Shown here piece by piece: positions 13,022-23,538 of a stretch of 64,000 nt of DNA. A program made the position numbers and the translations under genes. Origin of the DNA: Octopus vulgaris (Eukaryota); the NCBI GenBank assembly GCA_951406725.2, contig OX597818.1:124992001-125056000 (forward strand), written 5' to 3'. The stretch's first letter is position 1. The number at the start of each line of letters is the position of its first letter. The notes below the pieces were generated by a model. That model ran no database searches and was not told the DNA's origin. It worked only from the letters and a program-made list of their open reading frames with translations.

Positions 13022-13623
13022 GATCAAAATAAAATAAAAACATGATGCGAAGGATTCAGCGGTACATATGTTTCGGGCCTTTATTAGACAGATTTATAAC
13101 AATGCATAATGTATGTCTGAGGCCTTCTTCAGCCGCGCACAACAGCTTCCGCAAGGACATGTGTTACATCAAAAATTCTTGGTTGGGGATGCAAATCCTC
13201 TCATTCACGTACGACATAATGCGGCAGCAGCATAGAATTGAAGCGTCCATCTCTTTCTTCTCTCAATGTAGAATGAGGAATGGTGGTTCTACATTGAGAG
13301 AAGAAAGAGATGGACGCTTCAATTCTATGCTGCTGCCGCATTATGTCGTACGTGAATGAGAGGATTTGCATCCCCAACCAAGAATTTTTGATGTAACACA
13401 TGTCCTTGCGGAAGCTGTTGTGCGCGGCTGAAGAAGGCCTCAGACATACATTATGCATTGTTATAAATCTGTCTAATAAAGGCCCGAAACATATGTACCG
13501 CTGAATCCTTCGCATCATGTTTTTATTTTATTTTGATCAATTTACTCCACCACCTACACCACCAAACGGTATACACAGGTGCTTATAATTATCAAGTACT
13601 CACCCCGAATTTCTATACTCAAC
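13019..13623. mobile_element. Penelope-like insertion: perfect inverted repeat (arms 13019-13273 and 13287-13541, 13-nt spacer) plus about 80 bp tail, inside the (TA)n of a SINE
   Basis: Mirror ORFs 13042-13359(+) and 13201-13518(-) are identical outside the spacer. Flanked by (TA)n. Contains a hammerhead motif. Confidence 0.8.
13424..13501 (+). ncRNA. Type I hammerhead ribozyme (mirror copy 13059-13136 on the - strand)
   Basis: Stem I GCGG/CCGC; core CUGAAGA (13428-13434); stem II GGCCU/AGGCC; GAAA (13486-13489); palindromic stem III ACAUAUGU; cleavage triplet GUA (cut after 13497). Confidence 0.75.
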
Positions 13624-14126
13624 TATATATATATATATATATATACACGACAGGCTTCTTTCAGTTTCTGTCTACCAAATCCACTCACAAGGCTTTGGTC
13701 GGCCCGAGGCTCTAGTAGAAGACACTTGCCCAAGATGCCACGCAGTGGGACTGAACCCGTAACCATGTGGTTGGTAAACAAGCTACTTACCACACAGCCA
13801 CTCCTGTGCCTACATAGTCACAAATTAATTAATTTGTTACTTAACTAGCTTGATTGGTTGAACATCTAAATTAATGTATACCTGTATTCACATGCTTGCA
13901 CACACATGCATATCTCACAAAAGCAAATATCATACTGTAACGATATCTTTAAACGAGGGTTGAAGTCATAAATATTTATTTCTTACCTGGGGCTTTCAGC
14001 TATTTTACGCTATTGGATTGTGCAGTATTGGGGGACAAGAATTGGGCCTTTTTGTTTTGTCTACAATTAAATGTCATTTTCCTATTTATTTCATTTTTTG
14101 TTTTTTCATTCAAACCAATTAACCAG

Positions 14127-14376
14127 ACTGCTTTGAATTATGCAATTGAATGCGGAGAGTTCCACTATGCTTCAGCCCTTGCATTTGTGGTCGATCGATT
14201 CATGTACTGGTATGGTGGTTCTAAGGTGTTGTTGAATATTATTGATCACATATTGGTACTGAGTCCCTCAACAGTCATTGCTCCACAGTTAACCATCCGG
14301 CGTGCACGTATCATGAAGGATAATGGTAATCTCCATGGTGCCATAGAAGTCCTTGATAGCCTTATTGATTCGAAAG
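14127..14376 (+). CDS. ALPK1: ALPK1-like exon 3 (TALNY...AFVVDRFMY...IAPQLTIRRARI...LDSLIDSK)
   Basis: Acceptor aaccag|, donor G|gtaatg (phase 1). Matches human VFLVDRFLY and IAPQVVIRQARI (R116, R150, R153). Confidence 0.93.
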
Positions 14377-16110
14377 GTAATGTGTAAGCTGTATTATTTT
14401 TTTTATTATTTAACTTGTTTCAGTGATTAGATTGTGGCCATGCTGGAGCACTACCTTGAAGAATTTTAGTTTAATTAATTAATTCCAGTGCTTCTATTTT
14501 TTTTTAAGCCTGGGACTTATTATATTGTTTTTTTTTTTTGCTAAACTGCTAAGTTATAGGGATGTAAACACACCAATACCAGTTGTTAAGTAGTGGTGGT
14601 GAAACAAACACACACATGAATGACAGGCTTCTTTCAGTTTCTGTTTACCAAGTCTGCTCACAAGTCTTTGGTCAGCCCAAGGCTATAGTAGGAGACACTT
14701 GCCCAAGGTGCCACACAGTGGGACTGAACCCAGAACCCTGTGGTTGGGAAGCGAGTTTCTAACCACACAATCACACCTGTGCCTTCTTACCACACAGTCA
14801 TGTCTTTTTTTTTTTATTAACACAGTAGTGTGATATTTGAGCAATATTTGGCTGCTATTTTTAACAGGTTGAATGACCACATAGAACCTCTTCCACACTG
14901 CACTGACTCATTAAGATTGTTGTTGAAGTTGTTAATAGGTGATTTTTTATTATCTATAAATATTGTACCAGTATGTTACTGAGTTTAATCCATGTTTGGA
15001 TATGGAGTTGCTTTGTAGAGTTTGTGAATGTTAGACAACAGTCATGAACTGTCATCCCTTGCAATGAACTGTGTTCTTCACGAGGAAGCTTGCTGTTATG
15101 TACTCATAAATACTATGCAGCAACCAGGATCTTCCTACCCTACTCAAAATTGGAAATGATGTCATGAAAACCTGAATCCTATGATAGTATGTCCAGACAA
15201 TAGCTATAACAAGTACTTTAAGGCTATTTCCCCTGCTAAAGCGAAAGTTAACCTTGCTTGTCCTTTGATGGTCTTCTGTTGCCTTATCTTCTGTATCCAC
15301 GCATCACCTTCACTTTCATCTTTATTTCCTTCTCTATCATTAGCTGGAAACTTCCATGGTTGTTTCTCCATTTCTGGCCCTACTATCTCACTATCCATCT
15401 TGCCTTTTTACACAAAGCCCACAATGTAAACACATTGCAAATTTGATATTGTTCTCATTCCTTTTTCTTTTCTTTCTCCTCTTAATCATTTTACTTATAT
15501 TTGACAAAGGATATGACCTGAAATGTCAAATTCTCTTCTGTTTCTTTTTATTTGCTATATATATATTTCCAATCAAACATTTTTGATTGTTATTGTTTCA
15601 TTTAATTTTCAATACTTTTTCCACTTTTTCAACTATGTTTTACTTGTATATTTATCTCCACCTTACAATCTAATCTTTGTTTTACTTTTGTATTTTTAAT
15701 CTATTATATATATTTCTATTTCTATACACGTCTGTATGAGTGTGTGAAGTGTATCTGTCAGTGTATCTGTGTGTGTTTTTCTCTCTATATATATGTGTAT
15801 GTCATCAGCATTCATCAGTGTTCCATGTTGCTAAGAGTTGGACAGGTTTTCTGAGGCAAAATTTTATGGATGGGTTTCCTTTCCGTTGTCAACCTTTTTA
15901 ATCACCTCTTAACAATACAGTTATGCACCTTTTCTACCACCAAGATTCACCTGGAACTATGCTCATCTACCAATGTGAGTATATGTCTGTGTGTGTTTAT
16001 AAATGTGAGTATATAAACACATGTGTATATGTATATAATATTTTATGTATTGCGTGTATGTATGATGTATTTTCATATATATAAAAACAAGTATTTCTTT
16101 TCCAACCCAG

Positions 16111-16212
16111 CTCTCAGTGAAGATGGCCAGTGGCACTACAGAACTGAGTTTCAGTATATGAATGTTTATGCAGTCTGTGTGCAAATCAAAGGACAGATTT
16201 ATCGCAACTTAG
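16111..16212 (+). CDS. ALPK1: ALPK1-like exon 4 (ALSEDGQWHYRTEFQYMNVYAVCVQIKGQIYRNLG)
   Basis: Acceptor tttccaacccag|, donor G|gtaatg, phase 1 to 1. Matches human [30 protein letters not shown]. Confidence 0.93.
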
Positions 16213-16233
16213 GTAATGAAGCATATATTTATG

Positions 16234-16277
<44 letters not shown>

Positions 16278-16296
16278 CCTCATATATATATATATA

Positions 16297-16532
16297 AGAG
16301 TGTGAGGAACTTGCACAAAGTAGATGTAGGGTTTTTTAAATCAAAGCTGGACCTCTTCCTGTCATGAGTCCCCGATGAACCTACCTCACGGCAAGAGGTG
16401 CAAATGAGGGTAGCTATATCAAACTCCATGCTTCACCAAGTGCCACATATTAGAGGAGGCTCTTAGTAATAACAGTGTAGCAAAACGGCGGTGCATCAGC
16501 ATGGCCACAGCTCTGAGCTGAAACTAGAGAAA

Positions 16533-16540
<8 letters not shown>
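16297..16540 (+). mobile_element. 3' end of a CR1/L2-like LINE with poly(A)
   Basis: FKSKLDLFLS..PDEP C-terminal motif followed by a short 3' UTR and an A-run. Confidence 0.55.
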
Positions 16541-16562
<22 letters not shown>

Positions 16563-16563
<1 letters not shown>

Positions 16564-16770
16564 TAGTTAATCCAAACATGAAAACACAAAAAAACACAAC
16601 AACGCGAGGACGTGGAACAAATATAGTATTATTGGACGCTCAGGAAGGAAAGGAAGGAGGAGGGTTTAACGTTTCGAGCAGAGCTCTTCAACAGAAACAT
16701 AGGAGAAGGAAAGATCCAGAGAAGGGAAGACAGAGGAAAAAAAATCGACAACGGTACACACGCGGTCACA
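16563..16770 (-). mobile_element. Penelope-like terminal-repeat fragment with minimal hammerhead (16664-16698, - strand)
   Basis: Minus strand GTTT-CTGTTGA-A-GAGC-tct-GCTC-GAAAC-GTT-AAAC. Abuts (TA)n. Shares cctgagcgt with the 409-590 element. Confidence 0.6.
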
Positions 16771-17008
16771 AAGATTCTTTGTTCCAAATCCTAACAATTG
16801 TTTTGATAAATTCTCGCACCAGTTGTTCATAGGTGAGATGTTGTGCAGTGATTATCCTAAATCCCAAGTGTAGAATACACCTCCTCAGTTTACTGTTTAA
16901 ACAAATTCTTCGCTATATGCTCTTGCCATTTCACTTAGTTTAATAATGTATACCTAGGTTGGTGTGTCATTCTAGCTGTTCACAGACAGAACCAAAAGCA
17001 TAGATTCA

Positions 17009-17260
17009 GTGAGAGACAAGATGCACTGGAGTCTGGCTGACTGCTATCAGTTTGCGCCAGTCGCTGTCAAGATGTCAGGTGTTCTAGGACCCTATACTAC
17101 CGATTTCCTCTGCAAAATAGGAACAGTGGTGGCCGGTCAGAAAAATGGGGCCCGTGAGATGGAGTGGTTACTGCAGCGAGTGTTGCTGGCCATTCTCTGT
17201 GGTAACACCGTCGCAGTCATTACCATAGAGCATGGTTGAGCATCTCACTTGTTCTGGGAT
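17009..17260 (+). pseudogene. C-terminal restriction-like endonuclease fragment of a CRE-like non-LTR retrotransposon
   Basis: FAPVAVKMSGVLGP...FLCKIG...REMEWLLQRVLLAILCGN fits the F.P.A.E..G..G...L.QR.S.A..RGN pattern. Confidence 0.6.
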
Positions 17261-18317
17261 ATGTGGCCCATCACTCCTCCCCCTCTATCTTCCACTGCTT
17301 TTCTCTCAAATTTTTTTCTCTTTTCTTTTTTTCATCTTTTAAAAGTGTTTACTCTTTTACTCTTTTACTTGTTTCAGTCATTTGACTGCGACCATGCTGG
17401 AGCACCGCCTTTAATCGAGCAAATCGACCTCGGGACTTATTCTTTGTAAGCCCAGTACTTATTCTATCGGTCTCTTTTGCCGAACCGCTAAGTGATGGGG
17501 ACGCAAACACACCAGCATCGGTTGTCAAGCAATGCTAGGGGGACAAACACAGACACACAAACATACACGCACACACACACTTATATATATATATACATAT
17601 ATACGACAGGCTTCTTTCAGTTTCCATCTACCAAATCCACTCACAAGGCATTGGTCGGCCCGGGGCTATAGCAGAAGACACTTGCCCTAGATGCCACGCA
17701 GTGGGACTGAACCTGGAACCATGTGGTTGGTTAGCAAGCTACTTACCACACAGCCACTCCTGCACCTATAGCTACTTACCACACAGCCATTCCTGCGCCT
17801 ATTTGGCCTGTTTATTTGTAAATAAAGTGATTCCTTTTCTGTTAGTATAAATACATAGATGAAAAATAGACAAATGAAATTAACATAAAGATATAAATGA
17901 CAATACAAAAAATACTAAAAGGGCTTGTTTGGCTATAAACTTCTAACATATGACCCCTCATAACTTATTATTTTTGCATTTTCAGAAAATAATTGCAAAC
18001 TTGTGTTCTACACATGAGAATTCATATGATTATGAAGAAACCAAAAAAAAAAAAAAATTGTGATTTATGGGCTACTGAGCTGTTATTTTTAGCGCATCTC
18101 TCAACGACCTACCTTCCTCGTTGCTTTGTCACTCTGACATGTATTGATGTTTTCCAGTATTTTTCTCCTCACAAACACATTTAATGGTCCATTGCTGGGA
18201 TTTAAGCCCAAATTTTGGAATGTCTGTATTTTAAACTTTGATTAAAAAAAAATTTGTAAAACTGAAAAAAAATTTTTAATTCAAGAAAATTAAAAAAAAC
18301 TTTTTTTCATAATCATA

Positions 18318-18723
18318 GGCGCAGGAGTGGCTGTGTGGTAAGTAGCTTGTTTACCAACCACATGGTTCCGGGTTCAGTCCCACTGCATGGCACCTTGGGC
18401 ATGTGTCTTCTACTATAGCCTCGGGCCGACCAAAGCCTTGTGAGTAGATTTGGTAGATGGAAACTGAAAGAAGCCCGTCATATATATGTATATATATATA
18501 TATGCGTGTGTGTGTTTGTGTGTTTGTGTTTGTCCCCCTAGCATTGCTTGACAACCGATGCTGGTGTGTTTATGTCCCCATTACTTAGCAGTTCAGCAAA
18601 AGAGACTGATAGAATAAGTACTGGGCTTAGAAAAGAATAAGTCCCGGGGTCGAGTTGCTCGACTAAAGGCGGTGCTCCAGCATGGCCGCAGTCAAATGAC
18701 TGAAACAAGTAAAAGAGTAAGAG
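18318..18723 (+). mobile_element. Full-length CORE/OR-type SINE with TSD
   Basis: TSD TAATCATA at 18310-18317 and 18724-18731. Confidence 0.85.
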
Positions 18724-19212
18724 TAATCATATGAATTCCCGTGTGTAGAAGACAAATTTGCAAAAATTTGCTGAAAATTCCAAAAAATGAAAGAAGTTAT
18801 GTGAGGGTGTTATATGGGGTGCTTAATCTTTTTGATACCGACCCACCTGAGACTGCTCTAGGTTCTGTGACATAGACTTACTGTTTTAAAGTGGTCTAAG
18901 TCATAATCTTCCATCAAAATTTTATGCTAATATGAATCAGGCCCCCAATTTTATAATGAGAAAGTTATTTTACTAAATTCCTCATTTTGAGAATTAATTG
19001 AAACAAAAGCAGTTCATGTTGACAGAAATATAGTAACAAAAGAGTTAAACCAGAATTCTGCCTTCTATTCTACATAAATCAGAAGAAATAATTAATAAAA
19101 AAGTGGGGTAGGTTAGCATATATTAGTTTATTGTTTCTTATCGTTTCTATGAAATATATTAAAACCAGGCAGTAATAAATTAACTCTAAATAAAGACTCC
19201 TCCTTGTCTTAA

Positions 19213-19523
19213 CCCTTTCGTTACCGTATTTATTTTGGGATACTCTTTACTCCTTTACTTGTTTCAGTCATTTGACAGCGGCCATGCTGGAGCACCGCCT
19301 TTAATCGAGCAACTCGACCCTGGGACTTATTCTTTTGTAAGCCCAGTACTTATTCTATCGGTCTCCTTTGCCGAACTGCTAAGTAACGGGGGCATAAACA
19401 CACCAGTATTAGTTGTCAAGCAATGCTAGGGGGACAAACACACACAAACATATATATATATATATATACATATATACGACGGGCTTCTTTGTAACGACGG
19501 GCTTCTTCTTGGTAACGAAAGGG
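19213..19523. mobile_element. piggyBac-type MITE ends enclosing half of a SINE
   Basis: TTAA|CCCTTTCGTTACC...GGTAACGAAAGGG|TTAA. Interior about 19240-19490 is the 3' half of the OR-type SINE. Confidence 0.75.
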
Positions 19524-19930
19524 TTAAGGTGGAGCAGCCAGTTTGTTGGGTTGGTAGGTAGAAGAATGGGTATTTGGGTCCATAAAGGTGACAAGGAAAC
19601 AGTTGTGCTGAAATGGCCAATCACAACCTACTGATCACTTGATTATCTTTCAAGATTTTTTTTTTTCATTTGTTTCTTCACTTTATTTTCTAGTCTGTCC
19701 AATTCTTTCTTCTTTATAATCTGACAGACAGACAGGCTTTTTTGAAACAGAATTTTTTCTGGCTAGATGCCTTTCTTGTTACTAACATGAAGACACTAAC
19801 ATATACACACTTATGTATACACACACACTCACACTCATATAGAAATACACACATATGCATACAAACATATATATGTATATATACATACATTCAAAGGCAC
19901 ACATACACAGATATACATACTTATATATGA

Positions 19931-19971
<41 letters not shown>

Positions 19972-20015
19972 CAAATTCATGCAAACATATGCAACACACT
20001 CAGATGGAAATACAT

Positions 20016-20055
<40 letters not shown>

Positions 20056-20376
20056 GGCAGAATCGTTAGCACGTTGGGTGAAATGCGTAGCTGTATTTTG
20101 TCTGCCGTTACGTTCTGAGTTCAAATTCCGCCAAGGTCGACTTTGCCTTTCATCATTTTCGGGGTCGATAAATTAAGTACCAGTTACGCACTGGGGTCGA
20201 TATAATCGACTTAATCCGTTTGTCTGTCCTTGTTTGTCTCCTCTATGTTTAGCCCCTTGTGGGTAGTAAAGAAATATATACATACATATATGTGACTATA
20301 TATATACATATATATATATATATATGCACAAATACACACACACACACATAATCCACGACTTGTATTATAATTTTAG

Positions 20377-20636
20377 GTTTGTGGAAAGAAGCTGTTCCTC
20401 TCTTGTTGAAATCTGTTGAAGAATTTGAGAAACTCCCTGATAAGGACTTGAAAGGCATATCATACTCTTATGGTTTGCTCTCTCATTGTTTGTGTAAGCT
20501 CAGCCATAAGGAGTATTTGGAACTTCAGAACATTTATGTATTTCAGAGAGACCATCCTTGCTATGAGGCATTTGAATATGGCATGAAAGCAGCTGAATTA
20601 TCACCAAAACAGAGTTTGTTTTTTGCAAGACATTGT
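20377..20636 (+). CDS. ALPK1: ALPK1-like exon 5 (GLWKEAVPLL...LPDKDLKGISYSYGLL...KAAELSPKQSLFFARHC)
   Basis: Acceptor attttag|, donor |gtaaat (phase 0). Matches human GMWYEAAELI...LPQPDKKGLSTSLGIL...LAAAFSAYTPLF. Confidence 0.92.
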
Positions 20637-21233
20637 GTAAATATATATCTAATCTTCTTTCTCACACATTTTTTGTTGGCTGGCCACATTATTTTATTTG
20701 CTTATTGTTGTATTGTTACATTTTAGCTGAGAAGGATTTTGGAAGTTTGCATTAGACCCTTGTAAGGTGTTAGATTAATTTTCTTTTACAACTCAATGGT
20801 TCAGTTCATTTGAAATTTTGTATGATGTTAATCACAAGGTCCAAGTCCAAATTTACTGCAGATTTTTTATTGGATTATCTGTTAAGATAATCTCTTATCA
20901 TCTCACAACAATCCATTGGATTGTTTCGTAATTCTGGTATCATTTTGAACCCTTTAGTATTCAGTTTACTCTCTCAATTATAATGATTTGAACTTATCAT
21001 GCATTATCTCCTTGCTTTGAGATTTCAATGATATGGTTGTTTATTTTTAGAATGACATTGTAAGTTAAGTGAAAGAACCTGGATCTGGTCAGATAGAATA
21101 TTTAAGCTGGGTAAGGCTGATTTAAATGCTAAAGTATTAAATCAGCCTTACCCAGCTTAAATATTACTGAGATATATATTTGTAGTTGTAGTTGTCCTCT
21201 CATATTCATAGCAATGTCTTTCCTATATTTCAG

Positions 21234-21451
21234 CTCCAGTCAAGTGAAAGTCTGTTGATGTATGCAGTTCAGGTAACTGATTTGACTCAGCGGAAGAAAA
21301 TATTGGCTGATGTTATTCTGTATCTGCAAAAAGTTATTTTTGCAAACAACATTGCAGAAATTTCAAAGAGTAAGGAGCAATTGTTCATCTTTATAAAAGG
21401 AATTTATGTGATGGTTCTTGTCCTTGGCTGCTCCAATACATCTGCAGATCA
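21234..21451 (+). CDS. ALPK1: ALPK1-like exon 6 (LQSSESLLMYAVQ...SKSKEQLFIFIKGIY...NTSAD)
   Basis: Acceptor tcctatatttcag|, consensus donor CA|gtaagt (phase 2). LLMY and KEQLFIFIKG match human LLSY and KQELHSFVKA. Confidence 0.85.
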
Positions 21452-22286
21452 GTAAGTAAAATGTATATGTTATTATTTCATTTATTAGGTAGCAGGGAAT
21501 TCTGTGCCAATCCGATCATGCACCAATCCGATCATGGCCGTTGCCAGCCTCGCCTGGCACCTGTGCAGGTGGCACGAAAAAAGCACCCACTACACTCACG
21601 GAGTGGTTGGCGTTAGGAAGGGCATCCAGTTGTAGAAACACTGCCAGATCAGACTGGAGCCTGGTGCAGCCTTCTGACTTCCCAGATCCCCGGTCAAACC
21701 GTCCAACCCATGCTAGCATGGAGAACGGACGTTAAACGATGATGATGAGTAGATGGAACTTATGGAAAAGGGAGACCTAAGAAGACATGGGATGAAGTAC
21801 TGACACTGAACCTTTCAGATGAGATGACAAAGGACTGAAATACTTGGCACCTTGATGCACTCAAAAGCACCTGTCCTCCACAGCAGTAATGTTAAGGCCA
21901 CTCCTCCTGGTCAAGAGAATTAGGAATAGTCCTGTGCCAGTGTCACACAAAAAGCACTCATGCCTGAACAGTTTGACCAGAGCTGGCAAGCCAGAAAGTT
22001 GCACCAAGTTCCAGTCTAATTTGGCCTGGTTTCTACAGCCGGATGCCCTTCCTAATGCCAACCACTTTACAGTGTGCACTGGGTGCTTTTAGCATGGCTC
22101 CAATATGAGCACTATCATGTGGTACTGACACAAGTGCATTTTATATGGCACTGGCTCAGGACTTGCAGGCCAATCCTCTTCAACAAGGAATGCAGTCTTA
22201 ACACTTCTGCGGTAGGGAATGAGTTTTCTTGAGTACAGCAAGGCACCAGGTATCCCAAATTATAATTCTACTTGTGTGTTTGTTAG

Positions 22287-22359
22287 TAATTTAGCACATG
22301 TGTTATGCTCTTCCAATTTGGCACTGCTCTTTCCTGAATCAAGTTATTATGGGATTTAG
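22287..22359 (+). CDS. Candidate further or terminal exon of the ALPK1-like gene (H-NLAHVLCSSNLALLFPESSYYGI*)
   Basis: Acceptor tgtttgttag| is phase-compatible with the 21451 donor. LAHVLC...LF weakly resembles human AASQLC...LY. Ends in TAG. Could be chance. Confidence 0.22.
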
Positions 22360-22908
22360 AGGTAAAAGCATATCAATCCAGAACATATAGAGAACTATTT
22401 AAAGACCTCCTTCGGTCATGAATAACCATAGGATTTTACCTAGAAAGTTCCTCTCTTGGGTACAAATCCGGGCAAGGTTGTTTTGTGAAAGACTAGCAGT
22501 TGCCCATGCTTACCAGTACTTTATTTTATCAACCCCAGAGGAATGAAAGACAAAGTTGACTTTAGCAGGAATTGAACTCAGAACATAAAGACTTGGAAAA
22601 AATACCACAAGGCATTTTTTTAATTGTTTAACAACAACAACAACGATAATGATTTCAAATTTTGGCACAAGGCCAGAGATTTTGGGGTAGGGGTTAAGTC
22701 AATTACATTGACCCTGTGTTCAACTGATACCTATTTTATTGACCCCGAAATGATGAAAGGTAAAGTTGACCTTGGTAGAATTTGGATACAGAATGTAAGA
22801 AAGATGAAATGTTGCTAAGCATTTTGCCTGACATGCTAATGATTCTGCCAGCTTGGTGGAATTTGAACTCAGAACATAGTGTGCTAGTGATTCTGCCAGC
22901 TTGCCGCC

Positions 22909-22940
<32 letters not shown>

Positions 22941-23438
22941 CCTTTCTACTATAGGTACAGGGCCTGAAGCTTGTGGGGATGGGGTTGTTGATTGCATCGA
23001 CCCCAGTGCTCAACTGGTACTTGATTCATTGATCCCAAAAGGATGAAACGCAAAGTTGACCTCAGTGGAATTTAAACTCAGAATGTAACAGCAGATGAAA
23101 TACTGCTCAGCATTTTGCCTGGCATGCTAACAATTCTGCCAGCTCTCCACCTCAATAATAATCCTTTCTACTATAGGCACAAGGCCTGGAATTTGAAGGG
23201 AAGGGTGATGGTTGATCATATAGACCCCCAAGTACTTGACTGGCATGTAATTTATCAGCCCCAAAAGGATGAAAGGCAAAGTCAACCTTGGCAGAACTTA
23301 GAACATAGTGATGGGTGTGATACTGGCTAAGCATTTCATCCAGTATGCTAACAATTCTGCTAGCTTGTTGCCTTAATAATGATAAGGACAATAATAATAA
23401 TAATCTTTTCTACTGGAGGTACAAGGCTTCAGATTTGT

Positions 23439-23538
23439 NNNNNNNNNNNNNNNNNNNNNNNNNNNNNNNNNNNNNNNNNNNNNNNNNNNNNNNNNNNNNN
23501 NNNNNNNNNNNNNNNNNNNNNNNNNNNNNNNNNNNNNN
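23439..23538. other. Assembly gap (100 N, probably of unknown size)
   Basis: Run of exactly 100 n. Confidence 0.99.

Noticed and set aside
13042-13518. Two nearly identical 105-aa ORFs on opposite strands
   Set aside because: A by-product of the palindrome; no recognisable protein motif.
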